Assembly: GCA_021799255.1 (NCBI GenBank)
Contig: JAJZAV010000001.1
Span: forward strand, 1-45,822
Direction of reading: 5' to 3'
DNA length: 45,822 nucleotides
Source of the DNA: Bacillota bacterium
GTDB taxonomy: Bacteria > Bacillota > Bacilli > Alicyclobacillales > Alicyclobacillaceae
The notes beneath the pieces were generated by a model, which was not told the origin of the DNA, searched no databases, and worked only from the letters and a program-made list of their open reading frames with translations. Positions 30,456 to 43,454 of this stretch are shown here, one piece after another; within the stretch, counting starts at the first letter, position 1; every line of letters starts with the position of its first letter. A program made the position numbers and the translations under genes.

Positions 30456-30738
30456 CGTCTTGGGGATTGCATGGGTGTGAGTTGGCGGCCGCGCGCGAGA
30501 TGAGATATGACCTTCTCTGTCCTATGAGACGGACGCCAGGTGCATAATGATTCCGGTAGGCTCCCAGAGTTTTCGTGCTCTACGGTGCTACGGGCGACCA
30601 TTAGTGTGCCTGAATTTATTGTGCTCGTCCATGAACCACCAGGCACTGTGGACATGGCGAGATGCGGCGGGTCGTAAAATGACGGCCGGGCTCGGGAACT
30701 CCAATGCCGCCCGAGCGAATTTGGAAGGAGGTGCAGTG

Positions 30739-31155
30739 ATGCCGACCATTAATCAGTTAGTTCGCAAGGGGAGAAAACCTCTTGAACAGAAGTCTACCGC
30801 GCCGGCCCTGCAGAAAGGTTACAACAGTTTTGAAAAGGAGCAGACCTCTCTCGCTTCGCCGCAGAAGCGTGGTGTTTGCACCCGTGTGGGCACGATGACG
30901 CCGAAGAAGCCAAATTCGGCGCTGCGCAAATATGCTCGTGTGCGTTTGACGAACCAAATTGAAGTAACAGCCTACATTCCTGGCATCGGCCACAACCTGC
31001 AAGAGCACTCCGTCGTGCTGGTCCGCGGCGGGCGCGTTAAGGACCTGCCTGGTGTGCGTTACCACATCGTTCGCGGAGCTCTGGACACCGCGGGCGTTAA
31101 AGACAGAATGCAGGCTCGGAGCAAGTATGGCGCGAAGCGCCCGAAGAAAAAGTAA
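30739..31155 (+). CDS. rpsL: 30S ribosomal protein S12
   Basis: [13 protein letters not shown]...[13 protein letters not shown] 30739 lies 5 nt after GGAAGGAGGTG. The track start at 30547 is a spurious extension. Confidence 0.97.
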   Translation: MPTINQLVRKGRKPLEQKSTAPALQKGYNSFEKEQTSLASPQKRGVCTRVGTMTPKKPNSALRKYARVRLTNQIEVTAYIPGIGHNLQEHSVVLVRGGRVKDLPGVRYHIVRGALDTAGVKDRMQARSKYGAKRPKKK

Positions 31156-31219
31156 GGACGCTACTCATTTGAGCATCGAGAAAACTGACTCGTTGGAAAT
31201 CTGAAAGGAGGTTTTTCCA

Positions 31220-31690
31220 TTGCCTCGCAAAGGCCCTGTTCCAAAACGGGATATTATGCCGGACCCCATCTATGGCAACAAGATGGTGACTCGGCTCATT
31301 AACAAGGTAATGATTGACGGAAAGCGCGGGATCGCCCAGGGGATTGTATACCAAGCGTTCGATACGGTCCGGGAGAGGTCTGGAAAGGATCCGATGGAAG
31401 TATTCGAGGCGGCCATGCGCAACGTCATGCCGGTTCTCGAAGTCAAGGCGCGCCGTGTGGGTGGCTCTAACTATCAAGTTCCGATTGAGGTCCGCAACGA
31501 GCGGCGCATTACGTTGGGGATTCGTTGGCTAGTGAACTATTCTCGTCTTCGCGGTGAGAAGACCATGGATATGAAGCTGGCTAATGAGCTGATGGACGCC
31601 GCTAACAACACGGGCGGAGCAGTGAAGAAGAAAGAAGACACGCACAGAATGGCCGAGGCCAACAAGGCGTTCGCCCATTATCGGTGGTAG
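31220..31690 (+). CDS. rpsG: 30S ribosomal protein S7
   Basis: [38 protein letters not shown] start after AAAGGAGGT. Confidence 0.96.
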   Translation: MPRKGPVPKRDIMPDPIYGNKMVTRLINKVMIDGKRGIAQGIVYQAFDTVRERSGKDPMEVFEAAMRNVMPVLEVKARRVGGSNYQVPIEVRNERRITLGIRWLVNYSRLRGEKTMDMKLANELMDAANNTGGAVKKKEDTHRMAEANKAFAHYRW

Positions 31691-31776
31691 AGGGCGATTG
31701 AGTCCTCGAAGTCATTCGCTTTGAGGGGCTCTGGCCCTACAAACTAAAGTGCATCTAGGTGGAAGGAGGGTGTTCA

Positions 31777-33852
31777 TTGCCACGCCAGTTCACTCTGGAG
31801 AACACGCGCAATATCGGCATCATTGCACATATTGACGCTGGCAAGACCACCACGACCGAGCGCGTCTTGTTTTACACTGGGCGCGTTCATAAAATCGGCG
31901 AGGTTCACGACGGGGCTGCAACGATGGACTGGATGGTCCAAGAGCAGGAGCGCGGAATCACCATTACGTCCGCTGCAACCACCGCTCAATGGAAGGGTCA
32001 TCGGATCAACATCATTGACACTCCGGGCCATGTCGACTTCACGGTAGAGGTTGAGCGTTCTCTGCGCGTCCTTGACGGCGCGTGCGGTGTTTTTGATGCT
32101 AAGGGCGGCGTTGAACCGCAATCGGAGACGGTATGGCGCCAAGCGGACAAGTACAGGGTCCCTCGGATTGCCTACGTCAACAAGATGGATATCATCGGCG
32201 CGGACTTTCTCATGTGTGTTGAGCAGATGAGAACGCGTCTCGGTGCGAAGGCTGTTCCGATTCAATTGCCTATCGGTGCCGAAGATAAGTTCGTTGGGAT
32301 GATTGATCTGGTCGAGAACCATGCCATCATTTACACCGACGATCTTGGCGCTACGTCCGAGTCGCGCGATATCCCCGATGACATGAAGGAACTCGCGGTG
32401 AAATATCGCACAGAGTTGATTGAGGCGGCTGCCGAGGTCGACGAGGAATTGATGATGAAGTACCTCGAAGGCGAAGAAATCACCATTGCGGAACTGAAGG
32501 CGGCGTTGCGGAGGGGAACCGTAAACTGCGAATTGTTCCCGGTGCTCTGCGGCTCTTCGTATCGTAACAAGGGTGTTCAACCGATGCTGGATGCGGTTGT
32601 GGATTATCTCCCGTCGCCGCTCGATGTTCCTTCCATTAAAGGCGTCACCGCCGAGGGTGAGAACGTTGAACGTCATTCGAGCGATGAGGAACCGTTCTCG
32701 GCGCTGGCGTTCAAGATTATGACCGATCCGTTCGTCGGTAAGCTGGCCTTCTTCCGAGTCTACTCGGGCACTCTGTCCAGCGGATCGTACGTGCTCAACT
32801 CGACCAAGGGGAGACGCGAACGCATTGGGCGCATCATGCAGATGCACGCGAATCACCGCGAGGAACTTGAAACGGTTTACGCCGGGGACATTGCAGCCGC
32901 CGTCGGTTTGAAAGAAACGACGACCGGTGATACCCTCTGTGACGAAAAGAGCGTCGTGATTCTTGAGTCCATGGAGTTCCCGGATCCGGTGATTTCGCAG
33001 TCAATTGAACCGAAGACGAAGGCGGACCAAGACAAACTTGGTATCGCGTTGTCGAAGTTGGCCGAGGAAGACCCGACGTTCAAGACGCACACGGACATCG
33101 AGACGGGTCAGACCATCATCTCCGGGATGGGAGAGCTCCATCTGGAGATCATCGTCGACAGACTCCGTCGAGAGTTTAAGGTCGAGTGCAATACGGGTGC
33201 TCCGCAGGTTGCGTACAAGGAAACCATTACGCAACGGGTGGAGCAGGAAGGCAAGTTCGTGCGCCAGTCTGGCGGACGCGGTCAGTACGGCCACGTCAAG
33301 ATTATCCTCGAACCCCTCGAGCGCGGTGCCGGCTATGTCTTTGAGAACAAGATTGTCGGCGGCGTGATTCCGAAAGAATACATTCCGGCTGTTGATGAGG
33401 GAATCCATGAGGCGTTGCAAAACGGCGTGCTTGCTGGATATCCGGTGTTGGACGTGAAGGCTACCCTATACGACGGTTCCTATCACGATGTCGACTCCTC
33501 CGAGATGGCGTTTAAGATTGCTGGATCCATGGCCTTCAAAGCAGGCGCCCAGAAGGCTGGACCGGTAATTCTTGAGCCCATCATGCGGGTGGAAATCACG
33601 GTTCCGGAAGAATACATGGGCGACGTCATGGGCGACGTGAACTCCCGCCGGGGACGCATCGAGGGAATGGATAGCCGTGGCAACGCCAAGGTTGTTCGGG
33701 GCTTTGTCCCACTTTCCGAAATGTTTGGGTACTCCACCAGTTTGCGTTCGCGCACACAAGGGCGCGGCACGTTCTCCATGGAGTTCAACTCATATGAAGA
33801 AGTACCCAAGAGCATTGCTCAAGAAATTATCGCCAAGAGCAAGGGCGAATAA
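31777..33852 (+). CDS. fusA: Elongation factor G
   Basis: [30 protein letters not shown]..., [15 protein letters not shown] 31777 lies 4 nt after GGAAGGAGGGTG. Confidence 0.98.
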   Translation: MPRQFTLENTRNIGIIAHIDAGKTTTTERVLFYTGRVHKIGEVHDGAATMDWMVQEQERGITITSAATTAQWKGHRINIIDTPGHVDFTVEVERSLRVLDGACGVFDAKGGVEPQSETVWRQADKYRVPRIAYVNKMDIIGADFLMCVEQMRTRLGAKAVPIQLPIGAEDKFVGMIDLVENHAIIYTDDLGATSESRDIPDDMKELAVKYRTELIEAAAEVDEELMMKYLEGEEITIAELKAALRRGTVNCELFPVLCGSSYRNKGVQPMLDAVVDYLPSPLDVPSIKGVTAEGENVERHSSDEEPFSALAFKIMTDPFVGKLAFFRVYSGTLSSGSYVLNSTKGRRERIGRIMQMHANHREELETVYAGDIAAAVGLKETTTGDTLCDEKSVVILESMEFPDPVISQSIEPKTKADQDKLGIALSKLAEEDPTFKTHTDIETGQTIISGMGELHLEIIVDRLRREFKVECNTGAPQVAYKETITQRVEQEGKFVRQSGGRGQYGHVKIILEPLERGAGYVFENKIVGGVIPKEYIPAVDEGIHEALQNGVLAGYPVLDVKATLYDGSYHDVDSSEMAFKIAGSMAFKAGAQKAGPVILEPIMRVEITVPEEYMGDVMGDVNSRRGRIEGMDSRGNAKVVRGFVPLSEMFGYSTSLRSRTQGRGTFSMEFNSYEEVPKSIAQEIIAKSKGE

Positions 33853-33873
33853 GGACGAAGGAGTGACTTTGGC

Positions 33874-35061
33874 ATGGGAAAGGCAAAGTTTGACAGAAAC
33901 AAACCGCACGTAAACGTGGGGACCATCGGGCATGTTGACCATGGTAAGACCACGTTGACGGCTGCCATCACCTCGGTGCAGGCCTCTAAGGGTAAGGCAC
34001 AGTTGCAGAAGTATGACGACATCGACAAGGCGCCGGAAGAGCGCGAGCGCGGCATTACCATCAACACCGCGCACGTCGAGTACGAGACGGACGCCCGCCA
34101 CTATGCCCACGTGGACTGCCCGGGTCACGCTGACTACGTGAAGAACATGATCACCGGAGCTGCACAGATGGACGGCGCCATTCTTGTGGTGTCCGCCGCT
34201 GACGGCCCGATGCCTCAGACCCGCGAGCACATCCTTCTGTCCCGCCAGGTAGGCGTACCGCACTTGGTCGTCTTTTTGAACAAGTGCGACATGGTGGACG
34301 ACGAAGAGCTGCTTGAACTCGTCGAGATGGAAGTCCGCGAGCTGTTGAGCGAGTACGAATTCCCTGGCGATGATATTCCGGTGATTCGCGGATCCGCACT
34401 TAGAGCCCTTGAGGGAGACCCGCAGTACGTAAAGAGTATCGAAGAGTTGATGGACGCGGTCGACAGCTACATCCCGACTCCGACTCGCGATACGGATAAG
34501 CCGTTCCTTATGCCAGTTGAGGACGTGTTCACCATCACCGGACGCGGTACCGTTGCGACCGGTCGTGTGGAGCGTGGTGTCCTCAAGGTCGGCGACGAAG
34601 TCGAAATTGTTGGCCTCGCTGAGGAAAGCCGCAAGTCTGTTGCGACAGGCATCGAGATGTTCCGCAAGTTGTTGGATCAAGCTCAAGCTGGTGACAACAT
34701 TGGCGCATTGCTTCGCGGCATTGAGCGCAAGGATGTAGAACGCGGCCAAGTGTTGGTTAAGCCGGGTTCCATTAAGCCCCACACGAACTTCAAAGCTGAG
34801 GTTTACGTGTTGACGAAGGAAGAAGGCGGCCGTCATACTCCGTTCTTCAATGGCTATCGTCCGCAGTTCTACTTCCGGACCACGGATGTGACCGGCGTCG
34901 TGAAACTGCCGGAGGGCGTGGAGATGGTGATGCCTGGCGATAACGTCACCATGGAAGTCGAGCTGATCTCGAAGATTGCTCTGGAAGAGGGAACCCGCTT
35001 CGCTATTCGTGAGGGTGGCCGCACCGTCGGTGCCGGCGTTGTGGCTGGCATTTCCAAGTAA
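33874..35061 (+). CDS. tuf: Elongation factor Tu
   Basis: [45 protein letters not shown]. Confidence 0.99.
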   Translation: MGKAKFDRNKPHVNVGTIGHVDHGKTTLTAAITSVQASKGKAQLQKYDDIDKAPEERERGITINTAHVEYETDARHYAHVDCPGHADYVKNMITGAAQMDGAILVVSAADGPMPQTREHILLSRQVGVPHLVVFLNKCDMVDDEELLELVEMEVRELLSEYEFPGDDIPVIRGSALRALEGDPQYVKSIEELMDAVDSYIPTPTRDTDKPFLMPVEDVFTITGRGTVATGRVERGVLKVGDEVEIVGLAEESRKSVATGIEMFRKLLDQAQAGDNIGALLRGIERKDVERGQVLVKPGSIKPHTNFKAEVYVLTKEEGGRHTPFFNGYRPQFYFRTTDVTGVVKLPEGVEMVMPGDNVTMEVELISKIALEEGTRFAIREGGRTVGAGVVAGISK

Positions 35062-35087
35062 GTTCCCGATAACGTACACAGTCACAG

Positions 35088-35129
35088 TACCCGCTGACGC
35101 ATCAACGTGCGTCAGCGGGTATTTTTATT
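35088..35129 (+). terminator. Strong rho-independent terminator after tuf
   Basis: 14-bp perfect stem TACCCGCTGACGCA/TGCGTCAGCGGGTA around a 6-nt loop, then TTTTTATT. Confidence 0.9.
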
Positions 35130-35140
35130 CAAATCGTTGC

Positions 35141-35169
35141 TTGTGTTCCGGCTCTTGTTCTAGTATAAT
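35141..35169 (+). promoter_or_regulatory. Promoter of the S10 operon
   Basis: TTGTGT (35141-35146), 17-nt spacer, consensus TATAAT (35164-35169). A ~165-nt leader precedes rpsJ. Confidence 0.55.
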
Positions 35170-35324
35170 TTCGAATGTTGGTCTCTGACAGCGATGAGGC
35201 GTGAGGTTGCACATGTGCCGTTGCCATATGGGGCACCGATGTGGGAATTCACGTGGAGAAGTCCAGCCGATTGGGCGATGGAGGTCCGGGTACCATCAAT
35301 ATACGGCGAAGGCCCGTGACGTAA

Positions 35325-35645
<321 letters not shown>

Positions 35646-35752
35646 GCTGGTTCGGAATACCCTCACGATATGCGTGGGGCTGTTGTCATGAAATGAGCCC
35701 TTGATTCCAATCTGGACAAGGGAAGACCCTGTGGTACCTGGGAGGTGCATGT

Positions 35753-36385
35753 ATGAAAGGCATCTTAGGCCGAAAGATAGGCATGACCCAAGTGTTTGGC
35801 GAAGATGGCACCGTTATTCCCGTGACCGTCATTCAAGCTGGCCCTTGTGTCGTGCTTCAAAAGAAAGCAGTTGAAACCGACGGGTATGCCGCGGTGCAGG
35901 TGGGGTACGGAGATCAGAAGCAAAGCCGTGCCACCAAGGCGGAACAAGGACATGCCGCGAAGGCGAACACCGCCGCGAAGAGATACGTGCGGGAATTTAG
36001 GGGTGTGTCACTTGACGACTATGAAGTCGGTCAGGAGATTGGCGCGGACGTGTTTTCGGCGGGTGATGTTGTGGATGTCATCGGTAAGTCCAAGGGCAAG
36101 GGATATTCCGGGCCTGTTAAGAAACACAACCAGTCCCGTGGCCCGATGGCTCACGGCTCAAAATATCATCGAGGTGTCGGTTCTTTGGGTTCCATCGCAG
36201 CCAACCGTGTCTTCAAAGGGCAGGGAATGGCTGGGCGTATGGGCGGCGAAAGGCGCACGGTGCAAAATCTTGAGGTCGTTCGCGTAGATGCGGAGAAGAA
36301 TCTCCTGTTGATCAAGGGGTCTGTACCGGGACCTAAAAACTCATTCGTCACGGTTCGCTCGGCCGTCAAGGTTCAGCCATCGTAA
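35753..36385 (+). CDS. rplC: 50S ribosomal protein L3
   Basis: [27 protein letters not shown] is GGGAGGTG. Confidence 0.97.
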   Translation: MKGILGRKIGMTQVFGEDGTVIPVTVIQAGPCVVLQKKAVETDGYAAVQVGYGDQKQSRATKAEQGHAAKANTAAKRYVREFRGVSLDDYEVGQEIGADVFSAGDVVDVIGKSKGKGYSGPVKKHNQSRGPMAHGSKYHRGVGSLGSIAANRVFKGQGMAGRMGGERRTVQNLEVVRVDAEKNLLLIKGSVPGPKNSFVTVRSAVKVQPS

Positions 36386-36410
36386 CGAATCGGAAAGGAG
36401 GCGTTCGTGA

Positions 36411-37031
36411 ATGCCGAAAGTACCTGTGTATAACGTAGGCGGTGAACAAGTGGGCGAAATTGAGCTTGAGGATCGTATTTTCGCCGCGCCGGTTCGCGCA
36501 GATTTGATGCATCAAGTGGTGCTGATGTTTCTGGCTGGTCAGCGACAGGGCACCCACAAGGTAAAGAGTAGATCCGAAGTGCGCGGTGGTGGCCGCAAGC
36601 CGTGGAGACAGAAGGGCACTGGCCGTGCTCGCCAAGGAAGCATTCGGTCTCCGCAGTGGAAGGGCGGCGGTGTCGTATTTGGCCCAACACCCCGTGATTA
36701 CAAGTATACTTTGCCAAAAAAGATTCGGCGTCAGGCCCTTTATAGCGCGCTGTCTTCCAAGCTTGATGAAGGAAAGCTGATTGTTATTGAGGGAATCACG
36801 CTTCCGGAAAACAAGACGAAACACATGGCTCAGTTGCTTGGTCGTTTCGACTTGACGAAGGCGCTCATCGTCGACTCGGCGAAGCAGGAGGGTGCGTTGT
36901 TGGCGTCCCGCAACATTCGGGGAATCAAGTATGTTGATGCAAATGGGATGAATGTCTACGACCTCCTCCGTCATGATCATCTTGTGCTCACGCGCGACGC
37001 CGTCGCCAAAGTGCAGGAGGTGTTTGCGTAA
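36411..37031 (+). CDS. rplD: 50S ribosomal protein L4
   Basis: [19 protein letters not shown]...[20 protein letters not shown]. Confidence 0.97.
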   Translation: MPKVPVYNVGGEQVGEIELEDRIFAAPVRADLMHQVVLMFLAGQRQGTHKVKSRSEVRGGGRKPWRQKGTGRARQGSIRSPQWKGGGVVFGPTPRDYKYTLPKKIRRQALYSALSSKLDEGKLIVIEGITLPENKTKHMAQLLGRFDLTKALIVDSAKQEGALLASRNIRGIKYVDANGMNVYDLLRHDHLVLTRDAVAKVQEVFA

Positions 37032-37318
37032 TGGATCCACGTGATGTCATAAGGAGACCGGTTATTACCGAACGTGCGACCGAACTCATGGAGAGCAACA
37101 AATATGTGTTTGAGGTCGACCGACGTGCAAATAAGACCGAGATCCGCCAGGCTATTGAGAAAATCTTCGGCGTATCCGTGCTGAAGGTGAATACGGTTCG
37201 TGTACCAAGGAAGCCCAAACGCGTTGGCCGCAGCTCCGGCTACACGTCGGAACGGAAAAAAGCCATCGTGACACTGACGGCTGATTCGAAGGCCATTGAG
37301 CTCTTCGGTGAGGCGTGA
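37031..37318 (+). CDS. rplW: 50S ribosomal protein L23
   Basis: [15 protein letters not shown].....[27 protein letters not shown] overlap with rplD. Confidence 0.96.
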   Translation: MDPRDVIRRPVITERATELMESNKYVFEVDRRANKTEIRQAIEKIFGVSVLKVNTVRVPRKPKRVGRSSGYTSERKKAIVTLTADSKAIELFGEA

Positions 37319-37366
37319 GTGTTAGGCTCCTAGCAGACGAGTACAGGGAAGAAGGAGGCTCTAAGG

Positions 37367-38197
37367 ATGGCCATCAAGAAATACCGCCCAACTTCTCCGG
37401 GTCGCCGTTTCATGTCCGTCTCGGCATTCGATGAACTGACGACCGATACGCCTGAGAAATCTCTTCTAGCACCGCTGTCGAAGCGGGCAGGGCGTAACCA
37501 TCAGGGGAAGATCACGGTCCGCCACCAAGGTGGAGGCCATAAACGGCAATACCGCATTATTGACTTCAAGCGCGACAAGGATGGGATTCCCGCTCGCGTA
37601 GCGACGATTGAGTACGATCCGAATCGATCCGCCCGCATCGCTCTCCTCAACTATGCCGACGGCGAGAAACGGTACATCATCGCCGTTAACGGGATGAAAG
37701 TAGGAGACAGAGTCGTTTCCGGGCCACAGGCAGACATCCGCCCTGGGAACGCGTTGCCGCTCGCTAACATTCCGGTCGGTACCGTCGTTCACAACCTTGA
37801 ACTTCAACCGGGCAAAGGTGCCCAACTGGCTAGATCCGCCGGTGCTTCCGCTCAGGTAATGGCCAAAGAGGGAGACTACGCGCAGGTGCGTCTCGGCTCC
37901 GGTGAGGTTCGCCTGATTCGGCTGGAATGCCGCGCCACCATTGGTCAGGTCGGCAATCTGGATCATGAGAACATCAACATCGGCAAGGCGGGGCGCTCTC
38001 GCCATATGAATCGCCGCCCGACCGTTCGCGGTGTCGTGATGAACCCGGTAGACCACCCACATGGTGGTGGTGAAGGTCGAGCCCCGGTTGGGCGGAAGTC
38101 GCCTATGTCCCCGTGGGGCAAGCCCACGCTTGGGAAGAAGACCCGTAAAAAGAACCATCCGACGGATAAGTACATTGTGCGTCGTCGGAAGAAGTGA
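37367..38197 (+). CDS. rplB: 50S ribosomal protein L2
   Basis: [15 protein letters not shown]...GGGHKR.YR.IDF...HPHGGGEG. Confidence 0.98.
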   Translation: MAIKKYRPTSPGRRFMSVSAFDELTTDTPEKSLLAPLSKRAGRNHQGKITVRHQGGGHKRQYRIIDFKRDKDGIPARVATIEYDPNRSARIALLNYADGEKRYIIAVNGMKVGDRVVSGPQADIRPGNALPLANIPVGTVVHNLELQPGKGAQLARSAGASAQVMAKEGDYAQVRLGSGEVRLIRLECRATIGQVGNLDHENINIGKAGRSRHMNRRPTVRGVVMNPVDHPHGGGEGRAPVGRKSPMSPWGKPTLGKKTRKKNHPTDKYIVRRRKK

Positions 38198-38248
38198 AGT
38201 GGAGCTTCATAGCGCCGCAACCTGCACAAGGAAGGAGGGTGCTTGAGA

Positions 38249-38530
38249 TTGGGACGTTCTTTAAAGAAAGGCCCGTTCTGTGATGACCACCTGATGAAAA
38301 AGGTGGAAACCATGAACGCTTCCGGAGAGAAACGCGTTATCAAGACTTGGTCTCGTCGGTCGACGATTTTTCCGCAGTTTGTCGGGCACACGTTCGCGGT
38401 GCATGACGGCCGCAAACATGTGCCAGTGTACGTGTCCGAGGACATGGTTGGTCACAAGCTCGGAGAATTCGTTCCGACTCGTACTTTTAAGGGACACGCA
38501 GGAGACGAAAGAGCATCTCGGTCCCGTTAA
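38249..38530 (+). CDS. rpsS: 30S ribosomal protein S19
   Basis: [18 protein letters not shown]...[12 protein letters not shown] 38249 lies 9 nt after GGAGGG (the track start at 38243 sits too close to the SD). Confidence 0.95.
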   Translation: MGRSLKKGPFCDDHLMKKVETMNASGEKRVIKTWSRRSTIFPQFVGHTFAVHDGRKHVPVYVSEDMVGHKLGEFVPTRTFKGHAGDERASRSR

Positions 38531-38556
38531 TCGGTGGGCAAGGAGGGGAACATGTT

Positions 38557-38898
38557 ATGGAAGCGACTCAAACGCGCGCTGTCGCGAAGTACATCCGAAT
38601 TGCTCCCCGCAAAGTGCGCCTCGTTGTCGACTTGATCCGCGGCAAGGGTGCCAAGGAAGCCTTGGCTATCCTGAAGTTTACGCCTCGTGGGGCGTCGCCT
38701 GTGGTTGAGAAAGTCGTGAAATCGGCGCTGGCTAATGCGGAGAACAATCACAATTTGGATGCGGATAAGCTGTACATTAAGGAGATCTTCGTGGACCAGG
38801 GTCCGACGCTGAAGAGGTTTCACCCAAGGGCGCAAGGGCGGGCCTACACCATCTTTAAGCGGACCAGCCACATCACGGTGGTTGTCGCGGAGAAGTAG
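38557..38898 (+). CDS. rplV: 50S ribosomal protein L22
   Basis: [22 protein letters not shown]... Confidence 0.96.
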   Translation: MEATQTRAVAKYIRIAPRKVRLVVDLIRGKGAKEALAILKFTPRGASPVVEKVVKSALANAENNHNLDADKLYIKEIFVDQGPTLKRFHPRAQGRAYTIFKRTSHITVVVAEK

Positions 38899-38914
38899 GG
38901 AGGGATAACGGCGA

Positions 38915-39580
38915 ATGGGTCAAAAAGTTAATCCTGTTGGGCTTCGAATTGGGATTATCCGAGATTGGGAGTCCAAGTGGTTTGCCAACAAGAAGGACTA
39001 CTCCGACCTGCTAAATGAAGACCTGCGGATTCGGAACTATATCTTCAAACGGTTGAAGGATGCTGCGGTCGCTTCGGTTGACATCGAGAGGGCTGCGAAT
39101 CGCATCAACGTCACCATTAACACGGCGAAACCCGGCATGGTCATCGGCAAGGGTGGAACCGAGGTCGACGGGTTGCGCAACCGTCTGAACGCCTTGACGG
39201 GCAAACGGGTGCATATCTCGATTTCCGAAATCAAGACGCCCGATTTGATGGCGCAGTTGGTGGCGGAGAATATCGCGCTTCAGTTGTCGCGTCGCGTGTC
39301 TTTCCGTCGAGCGATGAAGCAGGGCATTCAGCGCACGATGCGCGCAGGAGCGAAGGGGATTCGTGTGCAGGTGTCGGGGCGTTTGGGCGGAGCCGAAATC
39401 GCTCGCACCGAGGGATATTCAGAAGGAACCGTGCCGCTACACACCCTTCGAGCCGATATCGACTATGCTTTGGCCGAAGCGCACACGACGTATGGTCGAA
39501 TTGGAGTTAAGGTGTGGATTTACCGCGGTGAGATTTTACAGCAGAAGCCTCGGAGAGGTGTACAAGAGGAGGCGAAGTAA
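38915..39580 (+). CDS. rpsC: 30S ribosomal protein S3
   Basis: [24 protein letters not shown]... Confidence 0.98.
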   Translation: MGQKVNPVGLRIGIIRDWESKWFANKKDYSDLLNEDLRIRNYIFKRLKDAAVASVDIERAANRINVTINTAKPGMVIGKGGTEVDGLRNRLNALTGKRVHISISEIKTPDLMAQLVAENIALQLSRRVSFRRAMKQGIQRTMRAGAKGIRVQVSGRLGGAEIARTEGYSEGTVPLHTLRADIDYALAEAHTTYGRIGVKVWIYRGEILQQKPRRGVQEEAK

Positions 39581-39582
39581 TC

Positions 39583-40017
39583 ATGTTGATGCCAAAGCGT
39601 GTCAAACACCGCAAGGAACATCGCGGTCGTATGACTGGAATGACCAAAGGCGGCAGCGAGATTACATTCGGCGAGTACGGCCTGCAGGCCTTGGAACCGG
39701 CTTGGGTCACAAACCGGCAGATAGAGGCGGCTCGTATCGCGATGACTCGCTACATTCGCCGTGGCGGTAAAGTGTGGATCAAGATTTTTCCGAGTAAACC
39801 GGTGACGCAAAAGCCGGCTGAGACTCGCATGGGTAGCGGTAAAGGATCTCCTGAGAAGTGGGTGGCCGTGGTGAAGCCCGGGCGCGTGCTGTTTGAGCTG
39901 GCGGGAGTCCCTGAGGAAATTGCCAGAGAGGCCATGAGGCTTGCTGCGCACAAACTGCCCATCAAGACGAAGTTCATAGTTCGAGACGAAGTGGGTGGTG
40001 AAGCCGATGAAAGTTAA
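39583..40017 (+). CDS. rplP: 50S ribosomal protein L16
   Basis: [18 protein letters not shown]....G....FGEYGLQA. Confidence 0.98.
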   Translation: MLMPKRVKHRKEHRGRMTGMTKGGSEITFGEYGLQALEPAWVTNRQIEAARIAMTRYIRRGGKVWIKIFPSKPVTQKPAETRMGSGKGSPEKWVAVVKPGRVLFELAGVPEEIAREAMRLAAHKLPIKTKFIVRDEVGGEADES

Positions 40018-40204
40018 CGAGCTTCGCAACTTGTCGAGCGAAGAAATCACGACTCAGATTGATCAACTGAAAGACGAATTGTTTAACCTTCGCTTTCAAT
40101 TGGCCACTGGTCAATTAGAGAACCCGATGCGAATTCGGCAAGTGCGCAAGGACATCGCCCGCGCTAAGACGATTCTGCGGCAAAGAGAGCTTGGCATTAG
40201 CTGA
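40007..40204 (+). CDS. rpmC: 50S ribosomal protein L29
   Basis: [43 protein letters not shown] 40007 overlaps the rplP end. Confidence 0.95.
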   Translation: MKVNELRNLSSEEITTQIDQLKDELFNLRFQLATGQLENPMRIRQVRKDIARAKTILRQRELGIS

Positions 40205-40226
40205 ATCGGAAGGGAGGGAACCGACT

Positions 40227-40487
40227 TTGGAGCGCAACTATAGGAAAGTTCGACTTGGAAGAGTCGTTAGCGACAAGATGGATAAAACCATCGTAGTGGC
40301 TGTTGAAGACAATGTGAAAGATCCTTTGTACGGAAAGACAGTGCGTCGCACGACGAAGTTCAAGGTTCACGACGAGGCAAATGAAGCCAAGACGGGCGAT
40401 ACCGTGAGGATCATGGAGACCCGTCCGCTCAGCAAGGAAAAGCGTTGGCGGCTGGTGGAGATTGTGAAAAAGGCCGTAATCATCTGA
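40227..40487 (+). CDS. rpsQ: 30S ribosomal protein S17
   Basis: [29 protein letters not shown] 40227 lies 7 nt after GGAAGGGAGGGA. Confidence 0.95.
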   Translation: MERNYRKVRLGRVVSDKMDKTIVVAVEDNVKDPLYGKTVRRTTKFKVHDEANEAKTGDTVRIMETRPLSKEKRWRLVEIVKKAVII

Positions 40488-40515
40488 CATTGCAAGGCGG
40501 GAAGGAGGTACTACC

Positions 40516-40884
40516 ATGATTCAGCCACAAACTCGGCTTGTGGTGGCCGATAACACTGGGGCGAAAGAGATCATGTGTTTCCGGGTCTTGGGTGGATCCA
40601 ACCGGAAGAGCGCGAACATCGGTGACATTATTGTGGCTTCTGTCAAGAGCGCAACACCCGGTGGCGTTGTCAAGAAAGGCGACGTAATTAAAGCCGTCGT
40701 CGTTAGAACCCGCCGCGGCGTTCGCAGAAAAGACGGCACGTATATCCGGTTTGATGAGAATGCTGCGGTTATCATTCGTGAAGACAAGAGCCCGCGCGGG
40801 ACCCGCATCTTTGGCCCAGTGGCACGTGAGTTGCGCGATAGGGACTTTATGAAGATCATCTCGCTAGCGCCGGAAGTGCTTTGA
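40516..40884 (+). CDS. rplN: 50S ribosomal protein L14
   Basis: [28 protein letters not shown]. Confidence 0.98.
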   Translation: MIQPQTRLVVADNTGAKEIMCFRVLGGSNRKSANIGDIIVASVKSATPGGVVKKGDVIKAVVVRTRRGVRRKDGTYIRFDENAAVIIREDKSPRGTRIFGPVARELRDRDFMKIISLAPEVL

Positions 40885-40930
40885 GGATGTTTCGTTTGTA
40901 GGGCACGGTTTTCGTGAGGAGGTGCGAAGT

Positions 40931-41245
40931 GTGAATCGAGTTCGCAAAGGCGATAAAGTCGTGGTTGTTGGCGGCAAAGACAAGTCGAAGACAGGCACGG
41001 TGCTTGTGGTGTACCCGAAAGAAAACAAGGTCCTCGTAGAGGGCGTCAACCTGATAAAACGGCACACGAAGCCGAATGCAGCAAATCCCGAGGGAGGCAT
41101 CCTGGAGCGGGAGGCCCCATTGCATGTTTCCAACGTGCAACTGGTGGATCCGAAGACCGGAGCGCCGACGAGGGTAGGCTATAAGACGCTCGAGGATGGA
41201 AAGAAAGTCAGATATGCGAAAAAGTCTGGCGAAGTAATTGACTGA
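40931..41245 (+). CDS. rplX: 50S ribosomal protein L24
   Basis: [24 protein letters not shown] (KOW motif). GTG 40931 lies 8 nt after GGAGG. Confidence 0.94.
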   Translation: MNRVRKGDKVVVVGGKDKSKTGTVLVVYPKENKVLVEGVNLIKRHTKPNAANPEGGILEREAPLHVSNVQLVDPKTGAPTRVGYKTLEDGKKVRYAKKSGEVID

Positions 41246-41286
41246 CACCCAGGTGGGTGAGTAGCCAGGTGAATGGAGGTACCACA

Positions 41287-41829
41287 TTGACTCGCTTGCA
41301 AGACCATTACAAAAGTCAGGTCGTCAATGAGCTGATGAAGAAGTTTTCTTACACCAGCGTCATGCAGGCACCTCGAATTGAGAAAGTCGTCATCAACATG
41401 GGGCTCGGAGAGGCAACACAGAATCCAAAGGTGATTGACTCTGCGGTTGCTGATTTGATCTTGATAGCTGGGCAAAAGCCCGTTGTTACACGGGCGAAGA
41501 AGTCCATCGCGCAATTTCGGGTGCGCCAAGGGATGCCCATTGGAGCCAAGGTGACGTTGCGCGGAGAGCGGATGTTCCATTTTCTCGATAAGCTGATGAA
41601 CGTGGCCCTGCCGCGCGTCAGAGACTTTCGCGGTGTCTCTCCTCGAGCGTTTGATGGTCGCGGCAACTATACTTTGGGGCTGCGCGAGCAACTGATCTTC
41701 CCGGAGATTGAGTACGACAAGGTCGACAAAGTTCGCGGTATGGAAGTCGTCGTTGTGACGACGGCGAAGACCGATGAAGAGGCAAGAGCGCTTCTCACTT
41801 TGATGGGAATGCCGTTCCGTCAGTCGTAA
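41287..41829 (+). CDS. rplE: 50S ribosomal protein L5
   Basis: [41 protein letters not shown] 41287 lies 6 nt after TGGAGGT. Confidence 0.96.
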   Translation: MTRLQDHYKSQVVNELMKKFSYTSVMQAPRIEKVVINMGLGEATQNPKVIDSAVADLILIAGQKPVVTRAKKSIAQFRVRQGMPIGAKVTLRGERMFHFLDKLMNVALPRVRDFRGVSPRAFDGRGNYTLGLREQLIFPEIEYDKVDKVRGMEVVVVTTAKTDEEARALLTLMGMPFRQS

Positions 41830-41860
41830 GCCTGCGGGACGAACGTAAGGAGGAACGGAC

Positions 41861-42046
41861 TTGGCGAAGAAATCGATGATTATCAAAGCCACTCGTCCAC
41901 AGAAGTTTAGCACGCGCGCCTATACGCGTTGTCGGATCTGTGGTCGTCCACATTCGGTGCTAAGGAAGTTCGGCATTTGCCGCATCTGTTTCCGCAATCT
42001 GGCGTACAAGGGCCAACTGCCTGGTGTCAAAAAGGCTAGTTGGTAA
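41861..42046 (+). CDS. rpsN: 30S ribosomal protein S14 type Z (zinc-binding, 61 aa)
   Basis: [45 protein letters not shown] with CxxC..CxxC. TTG start. Confidence 0.95.
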   Translation: MAKKSMIIKATRPQKFSTRAYTRCRICGRPHSVLRKFGICRICFRNLAYKGQLPGVKKASW

Positions 42047-42075
42047 GCTTCGTGCCGTGGAAGGAGGTTTAAATC

Positions 42076-42474
42076 ATGACGATGACGGATCCCATCGCCG
42101 ACATGCTCACCCGCATTCGTAATGCGAATTTGGTCGGCCACGATAAGGTAGAGATTCCAGCGTCCAATATTAAGCGTGCCATTGCAGAAATCCTAAAGCG
42201 TGAGGGTTTCATCCGAGATGCTGAGTTCATTTCCGACGACAAGCAAGGGATGATTCGCCTGTTTCTCAAGTATGGCAAGAACCAGGAGAGAGTCATTACC
42301 GGCCTCAAGCGGATTAGTAAGCCCGGGTTGCGCGTTTACGCGAAGCACGACGGTCTGCCGAGAGTGCTCGGTGGGCTGGGGACGGCAGTGATTTCCACGT
42401 CTCGCGGAATCATGACCGACAAAGAGGCTCGCAAAGAACAAATAGGTGGAGAAGTTCTCTGCTACATTTGGTAA
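42076..42474 (+). CDS. rpsH: 30S ribosomal protein S8
   Basis: [18 protein letters not shown]... Confidence 0.98.
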   Translation: MTMTDPIADMLTRIRNANLVGHDKVEIPASNIKRAIAEILKREGFIRDAEFISDDKQGMIRLFLKYGKNQERVITGLKRISKPGLRVYAKHDGLPRVLGGLGTAVISTSRGIMTDKEARKEQIGGEVLCYIW

Positions 42475-42499
42475 GTCCTTTAAGAACGGAGGTGGAACG

Positions 42500-43039
42500 A
42501 TGTCTCGCATAGGTAGAAAGCCCATCAGCATTCCTGCTGGCGTGAAGGTGTTGGTGGAACAGAACGTGATTACGGTAGAGGGACCGAAGGGTCGTCTCTC
42601 GAGAGCCATTCATCCGGACATGAAACTTGTGGTTGGCGGCGACGTATTGGCTGTAGAGCGCCCGTCGGACGGGAAACTGCATCGAAGTCTCCACGGAACC
42701 ACTCGAAGCGTCATTGCGAACATGGTCGAAGGAGTCACGCAAGGGTTCTCGAAGAATTTGGACCTCGTGGGTGTTGGATACCGTGCAAATAAGTCGGGTT
42801 CCACGGTGACACTGTCCCTCGGTTATTCGCACCCAGTTATTCTTCCGACTGAGGACGGGATTGAGGTTGAGGTTCCTGCCGCCAATAAGCTTGTGATTCG
42901 CGGAATCGACAAGGAACAAGTTGGGGAGTACGCGGCCAAGGTGCGGAGTCTGCGTAAGCCGGAACCGTACAAGGGTAAAGGTATTAAGTACGAAAATGAG
43001 GTCATTCGCCGCAAGGTCGGTAAGACTGGTAAGAAGTAA
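42500..43039 (+). CDS. rplF: 50S ribosomal protein L6
   Basis: [17 protein letters not shown]... ATG 42500 follows ACGGAGGTGGA. Confidence 0.97.
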   Translation: MSRIGRKPISIPAGVKVLVEQNVITVEGPKGRLSRAIHPDMKLVVGGDVLAVERPSDGKLHRSLHGTTRSVIANMVEGVTQGFSKNLDLVGVGYRANKSGSTVTLSLGYSHPVILPTEDGIEVEVPAANKLVIRGIDKEQVGEYAAKVRSLRKPEPYKGKGIKYENEVIRRKVGKTGKK

Positions 43040-43069
43040 GCGCGCGTGGCCGGGAAGGAGTGAACTAGC

Positions 43070-43438
43070 GTGATCACGAAGCAAGACAAGGAGAAGTCAA
43101 GGGCGCGTCGTCATCGCAGAATTCGCGCTCGCGTGTCTGGGAGCGCGCAGCGTCCTCGACTTAACATATTTCGCTCCAACAAGCACATTTACGCTCAAGT
43201 GATTGACGACACGACTGGGCGCACACTCGTCGAGGCCTCGACCTTGGATAAGGAGTTCAAAGACCTGTCCGAATCGGGATCGACAGTGGCGGCAGCGGAA
43301 AAAATCGGTAGCATGGTAGCGCGCCGTGCCATTGAAAAGGGCGTTAGCGCTGTGGTGTTTGATAGAGGTGGATATCTGTATCACGGGCGCGTTCAGGCGC
43401 TGGCAGATGCCGCGCGCGAAGCGGGTCTGGAATTCTAG
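43070..43438 (+). CDS. rplR: 50S ribosomal protein L18
   Basis: [13 protein letters not shown]...[23 protein letters not shown] start. Confidence 0.96.
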   Translation: MITKQDKEKSRARRHRRIRARVSGSAQRPRLNIFRSNKHIYAQVIDDTTGRTLVEASTLDKEFKDLSESGSTVAAAEKIGSMVARRAIEKGVSAVVFDRGGYLYHGRVQALADAAREAGLEF

Positions 43439-43454
43439 AGAGGAAGGTGTCTTT

